The position numbers were made by a program, and so were the translations under genes. From NCBI RefSeq assembly GCF_018336915.1, contig NZ_CP064925.1, positions 180,001 to 212,000 of the forward strand: DNA of 32,000 nucleotides. Direction: 5' to 3'. Below the pieces are notes generated by a model, which was given only the letters and a program-made list of their open reading frames with translations, was not told the DNA's origin and made no database searches. Shown here in pieces: positions 18,010-25,245 of this stretch. Origin of the DNA: Acaryochloris marina S15. GTDB lineage: Bacteria; Cyanobacteriota; Cyanobacteriia; Thermosynechococcales; Thermosynechococcaceae. The first letter of the stretch is position 1, and each line of letters begins with the position of its first letter.

Positions 18010-18038
18010 GGCCGAAGCGGTAAGGGAGAGCTTCGGCC
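18010..18038 (-). terminator. Hairpin (9-bp GC-rich stem) just downstream of the sigma-like gene. Candidate terminator or attenuator.
   Basis: GGCCGAAGC (18010-18018) pairs with GCTTCGGCC (18030-18038). On the minus strand it is followed by TTTCCT, a weak U-tract. Confidence 0.45.
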
Positions 18039-18047
18039 AACGGATTG

Positions 18048-18785
18048 CTAGTAGCTAGGGGCCGCAGAAAAGACGGACGAGACCAACTCCTTGATCTGCG
18101 GATTCTCTTTGAGCTGTTCACGGGATACACGAAGGTATTTTCTGACCGTCCATCTTGAAAGCCCAAGGCTAGCGGCGATGTTGGCCGATCCCTCACCCTG
18201 CCAGTAATGAGCTTGGATGAGCTTTACATTGAAATCTGGCAATGCAGTAGTGATAATCTGATCGAGCTTGTCTCTTAAATCGTTATTCGGCTCAGTATCG
18301 ATGGGGATATCCTCATGGCCCACAGGTTTAATGCACTTGAGTTTTTCGCAGGTGACCTTGGTTCTGCGGTAGTATCCAAACTCCTTATCGAAAAGCTTGA
18401 TAAATAGCTGTCTGAGCTGAAATGACACCCAGCTTTTGAACCCTTTTTTCCGTCCGGGTTTATTTGGATTGTGGTTGTTCGCTGCCCGCTCCACACAAAT
18501 CACACCCAGTTGATACATCTCCTCAGTTGGAATGTGTTCGGAGCCATTAAAGCGATGGATTTGTGCCAAAATGACCGGGCGACACTCTTTCACTAGCAAC
18601 CCCATCGCCCGGTCACCGCGAAGGCAAATCCGTTTCTCTTCGAGTGTTAAGCCCTCTTTCTTGCGCTTCAGCAATTGAGTGCGTTCTTTAACATGGGCCA
18701 CTAATGCCCATTCTTCTTGTTCTGTCAAACCCTCACGGGTAGAGCGATTGCTATAACTATCCTGGGAAATAACTGTCTGTACCAT
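18048..18785 (-). CDS. Sigma-70 family protein (regions 2 and 4; ECF/group-3-like)
   Basis: EEMYQLGVICVERAANNHNP...FKSWVSFQLRQ fits sigma region 2 (eDLiQeG.iGL.kA...F..ya.w.ir). LIQAHYWQGEGSANIAASLGLSRWTVRKYLRVSREQL fits the region 4 HTH. Confidence 0.7.
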   Translation of the reverse strand: MVQTVISQDSYSNRSTREGLTEQEEWALVAHVKERTQLLKRKKEGLTLEEKRICLRGDRAMGLLVKECRPVILAQIHRFNGSEHIPTEEMYQLGVICVERAANNHNPNKPGRKKGFKSWVSFQLRQLFIKLFDKEFGYYRRTKVTCEKLKCIKPVGHEDIPIDTEPNNDLRDKLDQIITTALPDFNVKLIQAHYWQGEGSANIAASLGLSRWTVRKYLRVSREQLKENPQIKELVSSVFSAAPSY

Positions 18786-18847
18786 GATGAATTTCTCTCT
18801 AAAAATGTGTCGATCAGGGTGATTAGTGGCTCACCCAAGCCAGAAAA

Positions 18848-19717
18848 CTAGGCAACAGCTAACTCTTCAGACTCAGTAGAGGCAGCGCTTTCAATGCCCT
18901 CAATAATCGCCTTAACGGTTTTTGCGATCACACTCATTGACGCTTTGAATTGCTCAAGTGCCTGATCGCTTTCCCGGTTCCAACTAGTGATGTATGCAAA
19001 ACTCCGTTTCTGATCTTCGGCAACCCCAAAATATTGAGTCACGCAGTAGGCCACAGATTCAGCCTCTAATTCCTTTTGGGAAGTCAGAGAATGCCCCTTG
19101 TACTCTTCAGCGTTGTGCATCAGGGCATGGCCTAGCTCATGGGCGAGAATGCTAGCTCTTAACTCCACGCTCAGCAGTGGGTCAACCCGAATCTCAATTC
19201 CATCAGGCTTGTAGATGCATACCCCATACGAACCAGGATAGGCTTGCTCTAGCACCTTGAACCCTTGAGCTTCACCGAATGCTTTGAGATTTCGGTATAG
19301 CTCGGCCTCAGTGGTTTGAGCCTTGATATCTGTTTCCTCTAATTCGTCGCCATCGGTCTGGCTGATGTCAAAGACGCTTGCAGTAGTGAAACCAAAGATT
19401 TTCCAAGCCTTCTCCTTTGTTTTTTCATCCTCGACTTTCTTCTTGCAGGGAGCGAGGATAACGATCCCTTTCTCCCCTTTGCGAACCTGTCGCCCGTGCT
19501 TCTGCCAAGCCTTGTAGCCTGCCACATGGCTAGCATCTGGGCATTGGCCGTAAATTAGCATCGAGTTTTTTGCGGAATAGTTGTAGAACTTGGAATGGAA
19601 ATCTAGATATTGTCGCCAATCGGCTTCAGTTGAAATATTCAGAATGCCTTGCTCTAATTTTTCGAGTGCTGCTTGCTGTTTGGCTTGGGCTTTCTCACGT
19701 TTTGATTGAGTGGTCAT
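18848..19717 (-). CDS. ardC: ArdC-like antirestriction protein (N-terminal ssDNA-binding ArdC-N domain plus C-terminal HExxH metallopeptidase domain)
   Basis: YNYSAKNSMLIYGQ...GYKAWQKHGRQVRKGEKGIVILAP matches the ArdC-N/DUF1738 pattern. ILAHELGHALMH is an HExxH zinc site. AAGGGA lies 9 nt before the ATG at 19717. The track's longer N-terminus overlaps the upstream gene. Confidence 0.7.
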   Translation of the reverse strand: MTTQSKREKAQAKQQAALEKLEQGILNISTEADWRQYLDFHSKFYNYSAKNSMLIYGQCPDASHVAGYKAWQKHGRQVRKGEKGIVILAPCKKKVEDEKTKEKAWKIFGFTTASVFDISQTDGDELEETDIKAQTTEAELYRNLKAFGEAQGFKVLEQAYPGSYGVCIYKPDGIEIRVDPLLSVELRASILAHELGHALMHNAEEYKGHSLTSQKELEAESVAYCVTQYFGVAEDQKRSFAYITSWNRESDQALEQFKASMSVIAKTVKAIIEGIESAASTESEELAVA

Positions 19718-19787
19718 AATATTCATTCCCTTGTGTAGCGAGTGGGTGTAAGTGAAGTGGAAGGGGCAAAGATGCCCCAAGAGATTT

Positions 19788-20165
19788 CTAAATTTCGTCT
19801 TCGTAATCGTTTTCAGCTCTTGCGGTCTGATCGGCTGGCACGGTGTACCAGTCACTGAGAACACCTTTAAGTTCGGGGTGATTGAGAACCCAATTTTCGA
19901 TCCGGGTTTGGGTGGTACGCTCTTCAGCGGAAGGCTTTCGGGTTACCATCAGCACCCAATGCTCATCGAAATCGATCTCAGCATCGAAGGGGCCACAGTC
20001 CTTTGTCTGAATACAAGCCAGAGTATAGGGAGGGCAGAAAGGATTCTCAGTGTGCTCGTTAACGAAGGCTATCCCATCGGCTTCAGTCTGAACCAGCCAC
20101 ATATCAGGCTGGGTTTGTGGCTGAGTGGTTAAATGAAGAGCTTGTGTTTCGAGTAGAGTAGACAT
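19788..20165 (-). CDS. Hypothetical acidic protein (125 aa), first gene of the minus-strand operon
   Basis: ORF with coding-like composition and an acidic C-terminus (ENDYEDEI). No family recognised. Confidence 0.5.
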   Translation of the reverse strand: MSTLLETQALHLTTQPQTQPDMWLVQTEADGIAFVNEHTENPFCPPYTLACIQTKDCGPFDAEIDFDEHWVLMVTRKPSAEERTTQTRIENWVLNHPELKGVLSDWYTVPADQTARAENDYEDEI

Positions 20166-20192
20166 AGTTAATCCTTATCAGGTTTTAACTGG

Positions 20193-20250
20193 GGCACCGC
20201 TTGAGATTCGCAGTCGTGAGCGGTGCCTTTGTTTGTATGTCTATATAATA
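20193..20250 (+). promoter_or_regulatory. Candidate oriT: inverted repeat followed by a TrwC(R388)-like nic core
   Basis: GGCACCGCT (20193-20201) pairs with AGCGGTGCC (20219-20227). This is followed by TTTGTTTGTATGTCT|ATATAA, with the putative nick between 20242 and 20243. The R388 oriT as I recall it is GCGCACCGAAAGGTGCGTATTGTCT|ATAGCC, sharing GCACCG/GGTGC arms and GTAT(T)GTCT|ATA. Confidence 0.45.
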
Positions 20251-20255
20251 CCATT

Positions 20256-20311
20256 AATCGAACGTATACATTCATTTAAAAGGATTTGTTATATATGTAT
20301 ACATTCGATTT
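20256..20311. promoter_or_regulatory. Two operator-like sites built on the palindrome AATCGAAyGTATACATTCGATT, in the divergent promoter region
   Basis: Site 1 at 20256-20276 is AATCGAACGTATACATTCATT, nearly a full palindrome around GTATAC. Site 2 at 20297-20310 is GTATACATTCGATT, an exact half-site. Confidence 0.6.
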
Positions 20312-20352
20312 GCTGTGCTATTCTTTAAGTCGTTGATTAATTAGCTCCATCT

Positions 20353-20574
20353 ATGTCAGTCAATAAAAATAGCTTGAAGAACTTGACCATTGGCAAAACA
20401 GCTCCAGACTCTAATGAGTTATTAGCTGAAACACCTTTGAGTGTTCGCTTACCCGCCAGTCTGGATAAAATCGTTCGACAGATGAAAAATAGACCGCAAT
20501 GGCTACGATCCGCAATTGTTAAAGCTGCAATTGCGGATGATTCTATTGATTGGCCCAAGAATGATCAGGAATAG
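20353..20574 (+). CDS. Ribbon-helix-helix (CopG/Arc/TrwA/TraY-like) DNA-binding protein
   Basis: LSVRLPASLDKIVRQM...RPQWLRSAIVKAAI fits the RHH strand-helix-helix pattern. The gene is adjacent to the operators and the candidate oriT. Confidence 0.65.
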   Translation: MSVNKNSLKNLTIGKTAPDSNELLAETPLSVRLPASLDKIVRQMKNRPQWLRSAIVKAAIADDSIDWPKNDQE

Positions 20575-20631
20575 CTTAAACATCATCTTTTTCAGTAGCT
20601 CTTGCCGATATAATTGTCATTATAACTGAGT

Positions 20632-20645
20632 GTATACATTCGATT
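20632..20645. promoter_or_regulatory. Third copy of the GTATACATTCGATT half-operator, upstream of the next gene
   Basis: The exact 14-mer is shared with 20297-20310. Confidence 0.55.
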
Positions 20646-20713
20646 TATTCTATAATTCAGACACTGGACAACCTAAAAGTCCATTGATATGGAATTTCAG
20701 TGGAGTCATCTCA

Positions 20714-21007
20714 ATGACCTCAGATAACCAGGACACTACCCCAACCCGTTTTTCTTCTTTGGTGGACTTATCCAAAGACTTGTTGCCTATCTTTGCTGTG
20801 ATTGGTCTTCTAATCGGTGGTCTGTTCTTCCTGATCAATACCAGTGTTGCCGCTATTGTCCCTACCAGCGAAAGCAGATTGATCGACAGAATTGCTGATA
20901 ACAGGATTGAGATTGAGCTATTACGCAAAGATATGAATACTCAATTTGAAGGAGTGAATAAACGCCTGGGTCGGATTGAGCAACTGTTGCTAAACGGTCA
21001 ATCATGA
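20714..21007 (+). CDS. Small membrane protein (one TM helix plus C-terminal coiled coil)
   Basis: GGAG 8 nt before the ATG at 20714. LLPIFAVIGLLIGGLFFLI is a TM helix. The track start at 20630 overlaps the operator. Confidence 0.5.
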   Translation: MTSDNQDTTPTRFSSLVDLSKDLLPIFAVIGLLIGGLFFLINTSVAAIVPTSESRLIDRIADNRIEIELLRKDMNTQFEGVNKRLGRIEQLLLNGQS

Positions 21008-21417
21008 CTCATATTCCATCCCTGACTCAAGAACAGCTAGAACTCCTAAGATTAGCCAAAAAAAATTCTGTGGAGGAACTACAGCTTTTTTATGAGTTTC
21101 CGGTTGTCGATAACAGTGGGCCTTCAACCGTGCATCCTCTATTTATTCAAAAGCTGATTGATATCCATCTAATCCAGGTCAGAGAAGTAAAAACTTCTGT
21201 ACTTGTTTCAGAGTTCCAGCAATCGAGCTGGACAGAGTATTGTAAAAACCTAGCTTACCCTACTCAAGTTGATTGGGACCGATGGCGGCAAGAATTCATC
21301 GCCCAACTAGGTGAGGGAGTTGAACAGCTTATGAATCCAGGGAAAGGGTTAGGGCAATTCGCGAAGGTTTGGATCCGAGAGATTCGTATTCGAGCGGTTC
21401 AACCGAGCAACCTATGA
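21004..21417 (+). CDS. Hypothetical protein (137 aa), translationally coupled (ATGA overlap)
   Basis: ATGA stop/start overlap with the upstream gene. Coding-like composition. Confidence 0.5.
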   Translation: MTHIPSLTQEQLELLRLAKKNSVEELQLFYEFPVVDNSGPSTVHPLFIQKLIDIHLIQVREVKTSVLVSEFQQSSWTEYCKNLAYPTQVDWDRWRQEFIAQLGEGVEQLMNPGKGLGQFAKVWIREIRIRAVQPSNL

Positions 21418-21508
21418 GCGGGACTGGCGTATGCAATTAGATTGCACCTGAAATTAGCTGATGGGACTCATACCAGAATTTTCAGCTTCTCTACGGTTAC
21501 TATGTTAA

Positions 21509-21601
21509 CTAGGTAATATAAATCCTGTATGGAATTTGAAATTTAACGGATGAGTGATTAATCTACCCAGTCAGGAAAGTTAGTGATTGCTTTGCGATCG
21601 C
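21509..21601 (-). repeat. Dispersed structured repeat, copy C (inverted orientation)
   Basis: The reverse complement reads TGCGATCGCAAAGCAATCACTAAC...TTTCAAATTCCATACAGGATTTATATTACCTAG. It has the same head (HIP1) and tail as copies A, B and D. Confidence 0.75.
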
Positions 21602-21768
21602 AAACACGATACCAATCCCAAAACTCCCACCCATCCCGCAAAATTCCGATAATGCAACATCCCCAAGTAAAGGCAGAGAGCAGAGCAAAAGCACGGTTTT
21701 GCGATGGCGACCTTGCCGATCTGAGGTGCGCTAGGCTCTTGCTTGTTTCGGGGGTGCCCACTTTCGCA

Positions 21769-22110
21769 TCATCTCAGGCCAATTCTCGACTCAACACCAG
21801 CCCCCGAAACTTGCCCCGTGGCGAGCGTCTTTTCTTCTCCTCTTAGCATCTGCACCGATAATCCCGCATTCCCATTCTCGAACTGCTCGGAGACTTCCCG
21901 CCAACCTAGCTCCCGGTAAAATTTTGCAGAGCTGACCCTAGCGTTAGACCAAATCGGTCTTACTTGATCAGACTTCTGCAAATCCTCAAACAAGTACTGA
22001 ATTAGTCCTGTGCCAATCCCCTGATTTCTCCAGTCTGGAGCCGTCGCCATTGCCATGAGTCACCATGAAGCTTCCCCGTGCCAGTTTGAGGGAATGAGAG
22101 TGACGCAGGC
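21769..22110 (-). pseudogene. GNAT acetyltransferase remnant, copy 1 (in-frame TGA; 5' part lost)
   Basis: NACVTLIPSNWHGEASW*LMAMATAPDWRNQGIGTGLI...IWSNARVSSAKFYRELGW carries GNAT motif A. The paralog at 26233-26235 has CGA (R) where this copy has TGA (22057-22059). Confidence 0.75.
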
Positions 22111-22259
22111 ATTGAATTCTTATTCTTCTATTGGTGTCATAGCAGTAAGAGTGATCACCTCTGCGAAATTATCATTTATCACTCGGAAAAGTAATAAGCT
22201 CCCTTGTATTAGAGATCATAATTTTTCTAAGTCACTTTCCTTACATTTAATATTATTTT

Positions 22260-22700
22260 TTTAGAAAATAAAGCTTTCGATATGGTTTAACACTTAGTAG
22301 GAAAGCATTGTGAATTTTGCTAGGAGAAAGAAAATTACTTTCTGACTTTAAATTACTTTTTTATATTTTTTGGTTAAATTATTCTAATATCTTTGATTTT
22401 GCAAATATAATAATTTTTTTTGAGAAAATTACTCGCTTACTTTAAAGCATCTATCTAGTTACTTTTTCTGATATTTGTCGGTTAACAAATAGAATTTTTC
22501 GTGATAGAAATAGTCAATCAAACAAATTTATGGGATTCAATGAAGGCTAGAAGTAACACATTGGCTACTTTCTGACTCTCAATATTTCCTTATTTTTCTT
22601 TCTTTATGAGGTAGATTAGATTTTTTCTAAGGTACTTTTTAGCAGGTTATCTAGCAAAAAAAATTGACAATAGCTGGGCGACTGTAATGCACTAAGCCTT
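22260..22700. repeat. AT-rich non-coding stretch with TTACTTTCTGAC-type iterons
   Basis: The exact 12-mer TACTTTCTGACT occurs at 22336-22347 and 22566-22577. Variants are AATTACTTTTTT (22351), ATTACTCGCTTACTTT (about 22428) and GTTACTTTTTCTGAT (22458). No ORF of 60 codons or more on either strand across about 22265-22900. Confidence 0.5.
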
Positions 22701-22903
22701 TCAGATAGTCCTGAGTCTATCTTTCGCATTTATAAGGTAGCTTCAGATACCATCATGCCTATGGTTGGTGCCTGAAGCATCTACACCATAAGTTCTAGCC
22801 ATTTCTTGACATAAGTTTGGCACATTCCCAACAACCATATTAATCAAGGATCTCAAATCTTTTAGAGAAGCTTATAACACCTCAACCCATATGGAGAAAG
22901 TAA

Positions 22904-23104
22904 ATGCAAATTGTTGCTCTAATAACACAACCTTCCAGTCCCTTACAACAATCAAAACCTATAGTAGTTCAGCCTCCTTCTGAGCCTATAAACCAACCCA
23001 CTAACTCATATTTACAAAGAGATATAAACTATTTCCTAATTATTATCGGGCTAGCTATCCTAGCTAGAGTAATCCTGGGTAACTCTGCTCAAGTCAAAAC
23101 ATAA
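22904..23104 (+). CDS. Small protein (66 aa) with a Pro/Gln-rich N-terminus and a C-terminal TM helix
   Basis: GGAG 9 nt upstream of the ATG. YFLIIIGLAILARVIL is a TM helix. A hairpin follows. Confidence 0.45.
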   Translation: MQIVALITQPSSPLQQSKPIVVQPPSEPINQPTNSYLQRDINYFLIIIGLAILARVILGNSAQVKT

Positions 23105-23146
23105 TAGTGAGTCAAATACCTATGTTTAAACCATAGGATTTTATTC

Positions 23147-23178
23147 AGTCCCCTAGCCTGAGATGGTGCTAGGGGACT
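23147..23178 (+). terminator. 11-bp-stem hairpin downstream of 22904..23104
   Basis: AGTCCCCTAGC (23147-23157) pairs with GCTAGGGGACT (23168-23178). The U-tract is poor (TTCCTTATC). Confidence 0.45.
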
Positions 23179-23381
23179 TCCTTATCTGCAATACTTACGC
23201 CAATATCAGAAGATATCGGGCTATTCAATCACAGCTCTCGTGCGGTCGTGCCCTTTAGCTGTGGCATAGGTGATCGTTCTGAGAAATGCAGAGAGTTTTT
23301 GAAAGGACGGTGCTACTTCTGTGCCAAAGATAATTCCTGATGATGTGCCGTTTCGATTATTGAGGGTCGTAACGCAGGAAT

Positions 23382-23471
23382 GCGATCGCAAAGCAATACC
23401 AAATCCCTCGACTTTGCACCTAATAAATAACCCAATGTTTTCAGAATCCAGAAAGAATCTGTATTGCCTAG
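23382..23471 (+). repeat. Dispersed structured repeat, copy D
   Basis: TGCGATCGCAAAGCAATACCAAATCCC...TTTTCAGAATCCAGAAAGAATCTGTATTGCCTAG. Confidence 0.7.
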
Positions 23472-23653
23472 TTTTTCTCCTTTTTGCTCTAAGCCTGCTG
23501 TGGGGTTTGCTAAACCTCAGCCGCCAACCGCTTCAACTCAGCATGATCATTATCTTGCTGTGCGTTCCAAACATCATGATCGGCCTGCATACGCATCCAG
23601 GTCAGTGGCTCCAGTCCCAAGACTTTAGGCGGCTTCCATGAAACTTATTACCC

Positions 23654-24366
23654 TTAGATTGGTTGGATAAGGATATCCCATTTAGGCAAAAGTGGATTGC
23701 GTTTTAAACGCTCTTCAATGGGTCGCATTGCTTTTTTTGTGAGTGAGATACCTTTTTCATAAGTCCTAAAACTTAACTTAATGACAGGAGATAAGCCTTT
23801 CCAGGTCATACTTCGAGCCCATAGCAGCATCGTGAGTACATCAGTAAGCTTGGCTCCATTCCAGTGCTTTTCGAGAATTCCCCAACAGCGCTCAATGGGA
23901 TTGTACTTGCTGTGATAAGGCGGATAGTAGAGCAGATGAATAGGGATGCCAATCTCATCTGAGAACGCTACCATTCGCTTGAGGAACTGAGTCCGAACCC
24001 CGCTACTTTCAGGGCCATTATCGATTTTGAGCTGAATTTTGTGAGTCTGCTGTTGCTGCTGAGGGGTGAGTTCTTTCCACCACTCTTGGAGGGTATCAAC
24101 AATGAAGTCACTAGTTTTATAGGAATTACCGAAAATCAAGTACAACTGGGCACTATCCTCATCGACAATCCCACAGGGAATGTAATGCTCTTCCGTAAAA
24201 TCATGATCACTGGCTTGGGTGTCACCTCGGGTTTGACCCCCACGGGCGAAATCACCAATGTTCACGGTGGCTTTACAATCCATGCTCAGACGTTTGATGC
24301 CTGCTCCTTGCTGGTCGTTGGCTTGGATGTTGTCAAAGATGGCATCTGTTTCTGGAATTTTTTTTG
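23654..24366 (-). CDS. ISAzo13-family transposase, catalytic part (frame open from the A8 run)
   Basis: KIPETDAIFDNIQANDQQGAGIKRLSMDCKATVNIGDF...KIDNGPE...YYPPYHSKYNPIERCW has DDE-type motifs. Confidence 0.75.
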
Positions 24367-24894
24367 GGGTTTGGCTTTAACCACAGGACGCAGACGGTAG
24401 CCCATCCGGTTCAAAATAAGGGCCATTGTACTGGGAGCTGGTATTTGTTCTTCAGGATATCCCTGCTCTTTAAGTTGCTCGATTGCTGCTGCTGATGTTA
24501 AGCGAGTATAAGCAATCGTTGTCAGAAAACTGGGGTCTTGCTGGGCATGAATCTCGGCGATTTCAAGCAAGGTTTCTGCAGCAGCTGGAAATCGCTCTTC
24601 CCAACGCTTTGTGCCACCGAAACCAGCTTGGGCTCCAATACAAGTCATTCCTGTCCGTTTCTCTTCCAGTCCTAAGGCAACATTATTTCGTCCCCAGCCA
24701 AAGACCCTCTCAGTACATCGGGCACTCCCCCCGCAGTATTTCAGAGCCATCTCTGCCTGAAAACTACGGCGTTTTGCTCCCAGGAGAATGGAGGATGCCA
24801 GTCGCAAATCCTCGATTTGGGATGCACTGAGTTGAGGTTCCGGTAGGCACAGATCCAAGTCTTTGTTCCTTACGTTGTGAGTACATGAGTACAT
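24286..24894 (-). CDS. ISAzo13-family transposase, N-terminal part
   Basis: From memory, RRSFQAEMALKYCGGSARCTERVFGWGRNNVALGLEEKRTG...KAKPQKK looks like the N-terminal region of ISAzo13-type (DDE_Tnp_ISAZ013, PF07592) transposases. The frame is lost at the A8 run (24359-24366). Confidence 0.7.
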   Translation of the reverse strand: MYSCTHNVRNKDLDLCLPEPQLSASQIEDLRLASSILLGAKRRSFQAEMALKYCGGSARCTERVFGWGRNNVALGLEEKRTGMTCIGAQAGFGGTKRWEERFPAAAETLLEIAEIHAQQDPSFLTTIAYTRLTSAAAIEQLKEQGYPEEQIPAPSTMALILNRMGYRLRPVVKAKPQKKFQKQMPSLTTSKPTTSKEQASNV

Positions 24895-25245
24895 CTTACG
24901 TGAAGGTAATAAGTTTCATGGAAGCCGCCTTAGACAGCCTCACGGCCATGTCTGAGCTGAGGGAAATTTTGCCATTGACCAGCCGCGAAAAGTTACCAGG
25001 GCTGACCTCCAGTGCATGAGCAACATTGGCCAGTCGGTTTGATGAACGATCTTTGAATCTAGTCGGGGTACATTCCCCGTTGCTTACAACGAAGAATAGG
25101 AACCCCAATTAAAGCCTATGGATTGGGAGTTAAACATCTTCCATACCCTGTTTGCTTGCAGTGGGAGAGGATTGACTTCGCCAGGGTCAGTTAGGCTAGA
25201 AACTCGAAGCCAGTGATTTATATTGGGTCTAAAGCAGTCATAGAT

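Larger units (their letters stand above)
23628..24929 (-). mobile_element. ISAzo13-family insertion sequence
   Basis: Perfect 25-bp terminal inverted repeats: GGCGGCTTCCATGAAACTTATTACC (23628-23652) and its reverse complement (24905-24929). TTA flanks both ends. The two transposase ORFs are joined at an A8 run. Confidence 0.85.
23510..25108 (-). pseudogene. higA: higA-type (Xre HTH) antitoxin gene split by the ISAzo13-family insertion (5' part 24930-25108, 3' part 23510-23627)
   Basis: The 5' part reads ...NRLANVAHALEVSPGNFSRLVNGKISLSSDMAVRLSK. Removing 23628-24929 plus one TTA copy continues in frame as VLGLEPLTWMRMQADHDVWNAQQDNDHAELKRLAAEV*, a typical HigA C-terminus. Confidence 0.7.

Noticed and set aside
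19718-19864. N-terminal extension of the ArdC-like ORF (MFSVTGTPCQ...)
   Set aside because: It overlaps the 3' end of ORF 19788..20165. The ATG at 19717 has an AAGGGA box at suitable spacing, and homology starts after it.
20193-20235. The hairpin plus T-run read as a simple rho-independent terminator on the + strand
   Set aside because: No credible + strand gene lies upstream, since 19752..20132 is antisense to a better ORF. The shared arm and nic-core similarity to the R388 oriT makes the oriT reading more informative, so it is kept as a finding. A terminator or insulator role cannot be excluded.
23321-23641. Track ORF of 106 aa (+ strand)
   Set aside because: It overlaps repeat copy D and is antisense to the reconstructed 3' part of higA. 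Its end runs into the IS inverted repeat.
25109-25245. An intact higB toxin gene upstream of higA
   Set aside because: Only short, frame-shifted fragments with a weak HigB-like pattern (NSQSIGFN) are present, and no continuous ORF. I cannot support a toxin call.
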